Assembly: GCA_043740435.1 (NCBI GenBank)
Contig: JAYUCH010000036.1
Location: 7,282-71,281, forward strand
Direction: 5' to 3'
DNA: 64,000 nt
Source of the DNA: Bdellovibrionales bacterium
GTDB lineage: Bacteria; Bdellovibrionota; Bdellovibrionia; Bdellovibrionales; Bdellovibrionaceae
The translations under genes were made by a program, and so were the position numbers. The notes beneath the pieces were generated by a model. It was not told where the DNA came from. It saw nothing but the letters and a program-made list of their open reading frames with translations, and ran no database searches. Positions within the stretch are counted from its first letter, which is position 1. Each line of letters starts with the position of its first letter. Positions 55,550 through 64,000 of the stretch are shown here, piece by piece.

Positions 55550-58500
55550 ATGAAAAATACAGCCATGGTTCTAAATCTGATCGTCGCACTGACATTCGTA
55601 GCTTGCACGCAGTCCCGCAAAGCTGAACTTCCCGCTGATGTGCAATCAGATATATTAGCCATCTCTGAATTTAATGGCAGTTTTCAAGCCAGTCGCGATT
55701 CAGCTGAAACCGCGGCCACTTCGACTTCAATGAAAGCCCTTGAACAGACGCAGAATTCAAGACTATCTGCGGAGAATGTCAATGTGCCAGAGCGTTTGAA
55801 ATTTATGTTCAGTGATTTACCCGTTTCAAGCCAGACCGCAAGCCAATTTGAAATTAAATTTTTAGTAGATAAAAAATATGTAACCGCATTTAAGGTTGTA
55901 AGCAGTGCACGTGAACTAACAGCCATTGAAAAAAGTTTGGCCATGACTTCTGATGAAGTCGCTTTGATTCAAAAAAGCTTACGGTCTTCTGCAACTGAAC
56001 TGAAAGTATTAACACAGTCACTAAGTAAAGCCAGCGACGAAAAAACATTGATTAAAATGGGCAAAAAAGATGGCACGCTGTTAATTCCAATTTTAAAATA
56101 TGAAATTGCAGACTACGGAGTTCTTGAACGTACAAAAAATGAATTAAAAGAAGAAACGGCCGTGCTGAAATTAACGAAGACTGAATTTAAAAATGCGACG
56201 CACATTCAGTTGAAATCATTAACTGATGGCCGCACCACAATTGGTAAAACAAAAGATTTAGAAGAATTATTTGTTGAAAGTAAATTAGATAACCAGCTGA
56301 TGACTGCCAGTCAGTTAGAGTCCAATTTAAATATTGGAATGCGCTTCATCGATGACTCGACACAAGTATTTAGCCGCTTAGATGTAAGCGTACTTCATAT
56401 TTATGAAGTGACTGTCTTAGCTAAACTGAACGAAAATCAAGCGCGCTTATTAAAAAATCAAGCTGGTAACCAAGAAGTCATCGCGTGTTCAGATGAATCT
56501 GTAAAAAATTATATTCAGTCGACAGACAAAGATTGTGTTTTAATACTAAAAGCTGATTTACCAATTACGTACAACAAAGTGGAATTAGTCAAAGCTAACG
56601 AAGATGGCAGCACTTCGGGTGAATTTGAATTAAAACAAGTGCCACGTTCACAATCTGTTGGTTTAGTGCAAATTTTAAAAAATACCCCGGCAAAACAGGT
56701 TGATATTTCGGGTACCTTGGACCCCAACAGTGCTGTGAAAATCGCTGATTTAAAAGGTGAATTCTTTTACCGTCGTACTTTTGAAGCGGCATCAAATATG
56801 TTCTTAGGCCGCACCGGCACATCAGGTGACATGTCGATCGTTCAATTTGAATTAGAAGACAGCCGCTTGGTTGTTCGTAACCAACAATCCTTGATTCAGT
56901 TCACGGGACAGGGTCCAAAAGACCGTGAAGAGATTATGTCTTTTCCGGTTAAATATATCCGCATGAATAAAATTTCTGCCGATGGTGCTACATTAACTGT
57001 TCCGGTGGCAGAAGTGACAACAAAAGAAAAAGCTGAATACGCAATTATTGATTGGACTCAGAACACAGTACCAAATGCATCTTCTCCGCTAGCTTTTTAT
57101 GCGGACGGAAGTTGTTTTCTGGCGAATTCTTCACAACAAGTTACTGACACCGATATGCGCTTAGCTACGGATGGAGTTTTAAATTTATCTTTAAGTGGAT
57201 CATACACCATGCAGCCCCGCAATGAATGTATAGCAATGAAAGATGTGAATTCAGCTTATTGGGGCGGAAGTTACCAATTCAATTACAATATCGTCGAGCG
57301 TATTTCATTCAAAAAACATTCTGATAAAAACTCTGACGTTCAATTCGCTATGAATATTTCATCGATGGCGCAAGAGGCCTTTAATTTTGGTACTTTTGGC
57401 TTAGCTGATAAATTAACTGAAAATGGTACACTTCTAAATCGTGATGGCAGTGAAAAATACATGCCGATCATCAATGATTTCAGAAACGGTAAGAAAATTA
57501 AATATTATGTTGGCGGTTTAAATACAGCTGCAACAGACAGCGAACGTCGGGAACTGATTGTTGAAGGCACAAAACAAGTTGTAAAAGAATGGAACAGCAC
57601 TTTACGGTATGCCTTTCGCGGCACAACTTTAGAGCGTAGTGGTGATTATGTTGATTTGGTTGTTGACGACGGATCTGCAGAACCCATTGGACACTTAGGT
57701 GATTTAGATCGTAATTACATTTGGTACCAAGAATTACCTGCGGAAAATGGATTATTGGGCGTAGCGCAGCCTGCAGCCAATCCAAGATCTGGAACAATTG
57801 AATCTGCCAATGTGATTATTTATTCTGGAAATACACTGGATCAAACTGTAAGAATGTTAAAATCGACTCAGGTTTCTAGAAACTATGAAAAAGCTATTAA
57901 TGACATGCGAAAGAATGCTTTTGAAAAAGCAAAGAAAACCCAGGCCTTAGTTTCTACGAAAGACGAAGTGGAAGCCGCTGCCGCAGCTGCAGCCATGGCT
58001 TCTGGAAAAACAAATAAGGTCGGTACTGATCGCATTGATATGCGCACAATCAGTGTCGCGAAAGATTTGAAACAAGCTATTGCTGCTTTACAATTAGATT
58101 CCCGCGTAGCCCAAAGTTTGATTGAAAATAAAAAAATGAAAAAGTCAGGCGTTTCATTTAAAAAGACTTTGAACAAAGATTTATTTAAAGATGCAAGTAA
58201 GGGCGAAAAAATAAATTATGAAGTCAATCAAATGACTTTTCTGAAAAAAATTACTGAATTATCGATGAATAACGATCTTTTGCAGAATCCCCACGAATTT
58301 GAATTGGCTGTAAACAATGCCTTCATAAAATTTGGTGGCATGGATGAAGCGTCAAAAGCTGTTTTACAAAAAAAATCAGAGCAACTGGCGATGGCTGTGC
58401 GCTTTGATAACAACAACAAAAGCCGCCCAGGCTGTTTTAAGTATGCTCGGACAGACATTAATGATGAAGCTTTAACTTTAGATAAAGATCCACGAAAAAA

Positions 58501-60547
58501 CTTAATGTTAAATTTCAAGAAAAATATCATGAGCACTTTGTCCCACGAGCTGGGCCACGCATTTGGATTACTTCATAACTTTAAAGCGTCTACTGATAAA
58601 GAAAATTATGAATTTTCAGGTGAAAAGACCGGTCGTAATTATTCGTCAATCATGGACTACATTGCAGATATCGACCAAAATTATCAGGGCCCTGGCCCTT
58701 ATGATGCGCACGCACTGCGGGCTGCTTACACGGGTTTAGTCGAAGTCTCTGGACAAGCTATTCCATCGCTGCAAGCAAAAGGGGCTCAGATTGTTAATAA
58801 CAATTTAGTTTCGATCGATAATCTTATGAAGGCTATGGGCAAAACATCGCTTGTTCATTTCACGAAAGACACGCTGAACACGACGGGGCTAATTAAGTAT
58901 TATGCTCAGTGCAGTGATGGTGGACTTTCTCAGCATGCAATGTGTGCGCAGTTTGACGTCGGAGGCAGCGCTACAGAAATCGTTAAAAACAAAATTGCAG
59001 ATTACAATCGTAGCTATATTTCTAGAAACTACGTTTACGATAAAATCATCTTTAACTGGCCACAAAAAGTCGAGGCTATGAACCGCAACATCAGTTTATT
59101 CCAGTCGATTCGTCGTTATTTAGATGAAGCCGTAAATTCTGAATTTTATGGAGCCGGAAGAACTGCAGCCGTCAACCGTCAGGTAACCAACGATCAAATC
59201 AATGCAGCCGGAATGGGCTATCAGTTTTTTCATGAATTGATTCGCACGCCAGACGCAGCAGGCATCAGCGCCTCTGATTATGCCAAACGTTTTTATGCGA
59301 TACCCTATCAGTATGTTGGAACTCAAGCTCTGGATACCGATACAGTAAAATGTAAAGCGAACGATAAAAATCAATTTATCTGTGATGATATAAAAATTTT
59401 AGAAGCCCGTTCACTTTATGACAAGGCTTTGAACCTAGACAAAATTGATACTTTAGGAATTGGTTACGATAAAATTTTTGCAATGCAGTTTTTATTGCAA
59501 TCTTCTTCGGCGCCACGAACCGATGACAATGGCACCAGTCTGATTTCTTATCTTGATTTCGAACAATGGTTCATGGGAATCGACGATCCATCGATGTCTC
59601 CGACAATAAATACCATGTTGCAAATCATGTCGAATGATTTACGCGCAGGATTTTTTGCTCCGAATACAGCTCTGATTGAGACAGATATCCCGATTGAAAT
59701 TAACCAATACCTTGGCGATCAAACAGCTGTTTCTTCAGTGATTAGTTTAGCTGAATCAAAGTGGAAAGGTTTCGATCCGTTTGCAGAATCTTTTAAAATT
59801 GGCAGTGCTTTTGTGAAGAATGCACCGAAAGATCGTTTGAATATTGCCAAAGCGGGCCAAGATCGTCAGAAGTCTGATACGCGGGTAATGTACGCAACCC
59901 AGAACGCTGTCGGCAGTGACGTAATGATACGAATTGCAAACCGCACAGAAATTTTAATCAGCAATCAGCAAGAGCTGTTCAAAATGATGGCCGACTTATA
60001 CCAAAGCGATTTAGCAAGCACGACCAAGAATGCGGACAGCGCTAAGAACAAAGCCATCGCAGATGAGTTTGCCGCAAAGCTTGTCGCAAAACTTCGAGAA
60101 CTTAACAGCAAAGAGGGCCTGATGTCCAAAAGCTTAGATGCACCCGAAGCGGCAATGAATTATGTGCGTCAGGTTGAAATTTTAAGAGTACTTATGGTTA
60201 AAGAGATTGGTTTAATTACCGAAATATTAACTGTTTTAAAAACCACACCGGTTGAACAAATCAACGGGACCATTCAGCAATTTTCACAGACGATTCAGCA
60301 GTTAAAAGCAACCAACAAGAAATTAGAGTCTACGCCTTTACTTTCATTGGGTCAGACGTTTATGACAGGCGCCGTTTCACAGATGAAAATAAAAATGCTA
60401 AGCGGTGCTGAAATTACTGGAGTCATGGTGGCTGAAAAAATGATGAACGGCAGAAAGCTTCAGCAAAGTCAGGATAAGCTTCTGGAAGTGCTTGCTAATC
60501 TAAGCACTTACTCGAACATTGTGGACGCTGACACGTACATTAAATAA
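55550..60547 (+). CDS. Giant (about 1665 aa) lipoprotein with metzincin zinc-metalloprotease domain
   Basis: Lipobox FVAC; HELGHAFGLLH plus Met-turn SSIMDY, GPYD..A; second in-frame SD+ATG at 55523. Confidence 0.85.
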   Translation: MKNTAMVLNLIVALTFVACTQSRKAELPADVQSDILAISEFNGSFQASRDSAETAATSTSMKALEQTQNSRLSAENVNVPERLKFMFSDLPVSSQTASQFEIKFLVDKKYVTAFKVVSSARELTAIEKSLAMTSDEVALIQKSLRSSATELKVLTQSLSKASDEKTLIKMGKKDGTLLIPILKYEIADYGVLERTKNELKEETAVLKLTKTEFKNATHIQLKSLTDGRTTIGKTKDLEELFVESKLDNQLMTASQLESNLNIGMRFIDDSTQVFSRLDVSVLHIYEVTVLAKLNENQARLLKNQAGNQEVIACSDESVKNYIQSTDKDCVLILKADLPITYNKVELVKANEDGSTSGEFELKQVPRSQSVGLVQILKNTPAKQVDISGTLDPNSAVKIADLKGEFFYRRTFEAASNMFLGRTGTSGDMSIVQFELEDSRLVVRNQQSLIQFTGQGPKDREEIMSFPVKYIRMNKISADGATLTVPVAEVTTKEKAEYAIIDWTQNTVPNASSPLAFYADGSCFLANSSQQVTDTDMRLATDGVLNLSLSGSYTMQPRNECIAMKDVNSAYWGGSYQFNYNIVERISFKKHSDKNSDVQFAMNISSMAQEAFNFGTFGLADKLTENGTLLNRDGSEKYMPIINDFRNGKKIKYYVGGLNTAATDSERRELIVEGTKQVVKEWNSTLRYAFRGTTLERSGDYVDLVVDDGSAEPIGHLGDLDRNYIWYQELPAENGLLGVAQPAANPRSGTIESANVIIYSGNTLDQTVRMLKSTQVSRNYEKAINDMRKNAFEKAKKTQALVSTKDEVEAAAAAAAMASGKTNKVGTDRIDMRTISVAKDLKQAIAALQLDSRVAQSLIENKKMKKSGVSFKKTLNKDLFKDASKGEKINYEVNQMTFLKKITELSMNNDLLQNPHEFELAVNNAFIKFGGMDEASKAVLQKKSEQLAMAVRFDNNNKSRPGCFKYARTDINDEALTLDKDPRKNLMLNFKKNIMSTLSHELGHAFGLLHNFKASTDKENYEFSGEKTGRNYSSIMDYIADIDQNYQGPGPYDAHALRAAYTGLVEVSGQAIPSLQAKGAQIVNNNLVSIDNLMKAMGKTSLVHFTKDTLNTTGLIKYYAQCSDGGLSQHAMCAQFDVGGSATEIVKNKIADYNRSYISRNYVYDKIIFNWPQKVEAMNRNISLFQSIRRYLDEAVNSEFYGAGRTAAVNRQVTNDQINAAGMGYQFFHELIRTPDAAGISASDYAKRFYAIPYQYVGTQALDTDTVKCKANDKNQFICDDIKILEARSLYDKALNLDKIDTLGIGYDKIFAMQFLLQSSSAPRTDDNGTSLISYLDFEQWFMGIDDPSMSPTINTMLQIMSNDLRAGFFAPNTALIETDIPIEINQYLGDQTAVSSVISLAESKWKGFDPFAESFKIGSAFVKNAPKDRLNIAKAGQDRQKSDTRVMYATQNAVGSDVMIRIANRTEILISNQQELFKMMADLYQSDLASTTKNADSAKNKAIADEFAAKLVAKLRELNSKEGLMSKSLDAPEAAMNYVRQVEILRVLMVKEIGLITEILTVLKTTPVEQINGTIQQFSQTIQQLKATNKKLESTPLLSLGQTFMTGAVSQMKIKMLSGAEITGVMVAEKMMNGRKLQQSQDKLLEVLANLSTYSNIVDADTYIK

Positions 60548-63500
60548 ACAGCTGTTGCATTTGAAACGGTGTGCCCTTTACGAGTTCTTCATAATTGGCA
60601 TACTGTTGACTTAAGGTTTTTTGCTCTAAGGGGTAAGTGACAATAAAATTAAGCTTCATTTTGAAATCTATTTTATTCATCTTATAGAGGCAGTGGGCGT
60701 AGAATAATAATTGCTGATAGGCTTTTTGGATGTGTGCAGAGCTTCCAGTTTTATAATCTAAAATATAAATTTCGTTATTTGCAATACCCCACAAATCGAT
60801 TTGCCCCTGCAGCAAGCCAGTCGTGGTTTTCAATCCAAAACCAAATTCGACGTATCCATCTTTGATTAATTTTGCCAACGGATACTCTTTCAAAGTCAGC
60901 AAATACTGAATCGATTTTTTTTGCTCGGAGGAAAGATTCATTTGTAAAGCTTCAAACAATTCAGAATTTTGTGTAAAAACCTGCAACGATTCAAAGAGTC
61001 GGTGCAAATCTGTTCCTTTTTTTGCTTTCAGTATGTCATTAATTTTTTGTTCATAATTTATATTTTTATTTGTAGCCCCAGAACCGTGCAGCAAGGACTC
61101 AGTCACACTGGTTGAAAGTTCCACAGCATTTTTGAAAATCAACTTTTTTCTGACAGAAACTAATTTTTTTTCTGCTGGAATTTGTTTTTCAGTTTTGGTC
61201 GTAGTCTGTAGCGAACTTAAATTATAGTGCTGGTGTTCATGCAGTCCAGTCTCTGGCCATAGCGATTTTTTCTGCCACGATGTTCCGAGTTGCCTAGACT
61301 TCGTCTCTGCAACTAAAGTTAAACTGGCCTTAGCCCGCGTTAAAGCCACGTACAATAAACGTTCGTGCTCTTCGTTTTCTTTGATGTTAAAATCTTTGCG
61401 AATTTTATTTCCCCAGCGGCTTATAACATTTTTTGATTCAGAAACTACAAACGGCGCTAGGCTTAGTTTTTGTTTTTCTAAACTAATCGTTAAATGCCGA
61501 AATAATGTTAAGTGAGGTGCTTCCGAAAAGCCAACCACAATGACATGGGGAAATTCTAATCCTTTGGATGCATGAATTGTCATAAGACTAATGCGATCCG
61601 GCTGAGCCACTGGAACGGCTTCAGACAATGACGATCCCAGATCCGATTGAAAAAACTGAAAATTTTCACTTAAGTATTGCCCCAATGAAAATCCTGCGTT
61701 GCGCTCGGCATTTTTTAAATGAATAAAAAATTTCCAGTAGTTAGCTTCTCGTTTACCAGATGAATCATAGGTGAAAGAATAATCTAAAAATTGAGAAACC
61801 TGAATGAAACGCACAAAAGCTTCGGTGACACCCAGGTTTTGATAATCAGAAAAATAATCACTTAATCTTTTTATAGTCGCGTGATCGGGCTGAAGCTTAC
61901 TCAAAGCCAGCCACAACGAGCGATTTATTTTCGCGGCAGCTGCAATATCTGAATCACTTAAGTAAGCCCAGGGACTGCGCAGCAATAAGATAAGGTTTTC
62001 GTTGTCGTGAGGATTGATCAAAAATTTTAGAATGCTGACCAGATCCAGGATTTCACGTTTCTGATCAAACCCAGCTGAAATTTGCAACTGCACAGGAATA
62101 TGAACTTTTTGTGCTAGCGCCGTGATTTTAAGTAAATTTTGGTTTCTGCGCGACAGAACACAGATATCTTTTGGGCTGACACCATTTTGCAATAACTTTG
62201 CAATCTGTTGCAAAACGCCTGCAGCTTCGTTTTCTGCTTGAATGAAACTAATTTCAGACTTGCTGATTTCTTTATCTGGCTGAGTCTGCATCGGTACAAA
62301 TTGGTGACTCATATGCGAAAAGTAATCATTTATAAAGTGCATGACACTGGGTTCACTTCGGTAATTTGTATCTAAAAATTTAAGTTTTAAAAGACTATCG
62401 TTTTTAGCAGCCTTTTGCTGTTTTAACAAAAAAACTTCCGACCGAGCTCCGCGAAATAAATAAATACTTTGCTGGGGATCACCCACGATAAAATGGGGTT
62501 TTTGACCTATTATTTGATCTAAGATTTCTACTTGTAACGGTGACGTGTCCTGAAATTCATCGATCATGTAGTAATCAAATTTTTCTGAAAAATCAGCCAC
62601 CGCAGCTGGATGATTTCTTACCAATTCTAATGAAAAAAGTTCTAGATCATTGATGGTGATCTCGCCAGACGTTGATTTATAATTAGAATCAAGCAAGGAA
62701 ATTTCTTGAACTAGTTTTAAAAATAAATCAGACAGGCTTGCTTGCTGTACAAAGTAGTCTTCTGTGTCATAAACTGAAAAATCAAATGCATCCCAAAATT
62801 CCTCTAATGCAGCAAAAATTTCTTCTGCGAATGCAGGGTTTTTTTTGTTCCAACGTGGCTTCGTCGGTTTAGCCTCTTCACAGCTTAAAATTTTTTCAAC
62901 AGAGTTTGTCTGAATCGCCACTTGCAAATTTTGTAAAAATTGAAAGTAACTTTGCCAAGCTTCAGGAGCTAAACTTGCGTGGTTTAAAATTTGCTGCAGT
63001 TGCTGACTTAATTCGCCCAGTTTATGGTTCGTGATGGACTGCATTTCTTCGACAGAAATTGTTTGCAGTGAAGAACTTTGCCTTAAGGCCTCCATTCCAT
63101 CAACAACGAAATCGATTAACTGAACAAAAGAGTAGTGTTCTAAAATTTCCAAATAGATCGGATTCTTTTTAAGGACCTGACGAATTATTTTCTTTAGATT
63201 TTTTTTATAAAGATTTTGATCTATTATTTTAACTGTCTGAGGCAAATCCAATAAGTCTGCATTTTCCTGTACCATCATCGTTAAAACACCGTGGATGGTC
63301 GATATGTGAACCATACTTTTTTTATTGATATGCTGAAAAAGTTTGTCGTCTTTATTTTCTAAGGCCTTTAGGCTAAGCCTTTCTTTAACTTCTTGGGTCG
63401 CCTTACGAGTAAAAGTAGTAATAGCCATGCGCGGTAAGCGCTGATATGCCGCTTCGAATTCATTGCAAAAATCAATAAAAGTTTTGATCAGCAGCGTGGT

Positions 63501-63569
63501 TTTACCAGCACCAGCACCCGCCCGCACTAACAGCGAGGTTTTAATTACATCAGATGCGGGGCTCGACAC
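60540..63569 (-). CDS. addA: AddA-like UvrD helicase with C-terminal PD-(D/E)XK nuclease
   Basis: AGAGAGKT, TFTRKA, STIHG, IDEFQDT, VGDPQQSIY.FRGA, NYRS, MTIHASKGLE, LLYVALTRA; GQIDL, DYKTG, QL.FY. Confidence 0.88.
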   Translation of the reverse strand: MSSPASDVIKTSLLVRAGAGAGKTTLLIKTFIDFCNEFEAAYQRLPRMAITTFTRKATQEVKERLSLKALENKDDKLFQHINKKSMVHISTIHGVLTMMVQENADLLDLPQTVKIIDQNLYKKNLKKIIRQVLKKNPIYLEILEHYSFVQLIDFVVDGMEALRQSSSLQTISVEEMQSITNHKLGELSQQLQQILNHASLAPEAWQSYFQFLQNLQVAIQTNSVEKILSCEEAKPTKPRWNKKNPAFAEEIFAALEEFWDAFDFSVYDTEDYFVQQASLSDLFLKLVQEISLLDSNYKSTSGEITINDLELFSLELVRNHPAAVADFSEKFDYYMIDEFQDTSPLQVEILDQIIGQKPHFIVGDPQQSIYLFRGARSEVFLLKQQKAAKNDSLLKLKFLDTNYRSEPSVMHFINDYFSHMSHQFVPMQTQPDKEISKSEISFIQAENEAAGVLQQIAKLLQNGVSPKDICVLSRRNQNLLKITALAQKVHIPVQLQISAGFDQKREILDLVSILKFLINPHDNENLILLLRSPWAYLSDSDIAAAAKINRSLWLALSKLQPDHATIKRLSDYFSDYQNLGVTEAFVRFIQVSQFLDYSFTYDSSGKREANYWKFFIHLKNAERNAGFSLGQYLSENFQFFQSDLGSSLSEAVPVAQPDRISLMTIHASKGLEFPHVIVVGFSEAPHLTLFRHLTISLEKQKLSLAPFVVSESKNVISRWGNKIRKDFNIKENEEHERLLYVALTRAKASLTLVAETKSRQLGTSWQKKSLWPETGLHEHQHYNLSSLQTTTKTEKQIPAEKKLVSVRKKLIFKNAVELSTSVTESLLHGSGATNKNINYEQKINDILKAKKGTDLHRLFESLQVFTQNSELFEALQMNLSSEQKKSIQYLLTLKEYPLAKLIKDGYVEFGFGLKTTTGLLQGQIDLWGIANNEIYILDYKTGSSAHIQKAYQQLLFYAHCLYKMNKIDFKMKLNFIVTYPLEQKTLSQQYANYEELVKGTPFQMQQLFI

Positions 63570-64000
63570 AGTTTACTCCAATTGCAATTGTTGCATATTT
63601 TATGATCGACAGGCTCTGCTGAGAAATCAAAATTTTCTAACTTTAAAAACATATTCTCTAAAATTTTAGAAAATTCAGCGATCAACGCGGACTTACTTTC
63701 GGAATCTGATAAGCTTTTTCGTTTACGTGCTTCCTCCAAGAAAAAATTTTGATAGGACTGCGTCGTTAATCCTTTATGCGCTTCAAGTTTTCGGTAATCG
63801 TAATACACAGACGAGATCACGTTTTGACCCGGATATAAATAAATTTCACAGGCTATTAGATACAGTAATAATTGAAATTCACCCGCTTTTAACCAATCCT
63901 GATGATTTTTAAGTTCTGCTGTGTTTGCCTTGTAGTCATAGACAATGATTTCAGGTTCCCCACTTAAGTTGACTTGATCGACCCGGTCAATACGTCCTTT
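63545..64000 (-). CDS. addB: AddB-like PD-(D/E)XK nuclease, C-terminal part (starts beyond window end)
   Basis: Frame stays open to the edge: KGRIDRVD...VYDYK...FQLLLY...CNNCNWSKLCR (Fe-S Cys cluster); overlaps the addA start. Confidence 0.85.
   Translation of the reverse strand, partial: KGRIDRVDQVNLSGEPEIIVYDYKANTAELKNHQDWLKAGEFQLLLYLIACEIYLYPGQNVISSVYYDYRKLEAHKGLTTQSYQNFFLEEARKRKSLSDSESKSALIAEFSKILENMFLKLENFDFSAEPVDHKICNNCNWSKLCRAPHLM

Noticed and set aside
441-63912. Many short ORFs in the track antisense to or nested in long genes (e.g. 441-650, 1584-1859, 2750-3028, 13623-13847, 23473-23826, 31960-32310, 46098-46499, 57883-58176)
   Set aside because: They overlap well-supported genes and show no motifs, SD or coherent composition; treated as shadow ORFs.
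1-64000. Prophage, IS elements, integrase, CRISPR-Cas, rRNA/tRNA, restriction or anti-phage defence genes
   Set aside because: No supporting motifs found; the helicases and nucleases present (HrpB, AddAB, YhaM-like, RNase HI) fit housekeeping families.

Overview
Gene-dense, AT-rich bacterial chromosome segment. The gene content points to a predatory Bdellovibrionota/Bdellovibrionaceae genome; this is inferred from a CdgA-like degenerate GGDEF protein, GYF-PilZ proteins, an AddAB pair, many secreted lipoprotein proteases and small OM beta-barrels. Housekeeping blocks: a peripheral-arm-only NADH dehydrogenase operon (nuoB-CD-E-F-G-I), phnDCE-like ABC transporter, rsmI-hrpB, a long minus-strand run (HATPase sensor-like, degenerate GGDEF, alr, mlaE-mlaF-mlaD, purH, GYF/TPR, lipoprotein, yhaM-like, cysE), nadB, rnhA and addAB. 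Accessory blocks: a CHAP/NlpC-like amidase with a coupled small secreted protein; paralogous 198-aa beta-barrels next to beta-propeller lipoproteins; a vWA lipoprotein downstream of a GYF-PilZ gene with sigma28-like promoters; S8, S1 and two metzincin proteases; and a nine-gene kynurenine (tryptophan catabolism) cluster bracketed by two paralogous protein-glutaminase-like genes. Main anomalies: a single in-frame TGA in otherwise intact mlaF, followed by a small hairpin; a highly self-complementary 150-nt intergenic region at 10430-10581 ending at a Shine-Dalgarno; and repeated pairing of small beta-barrels with surface lipoproteins. No rRNA, tRNA, CRISPR array, transposase or phage genes were recognised. 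All product calls come from motif reading by eye, not database searches.
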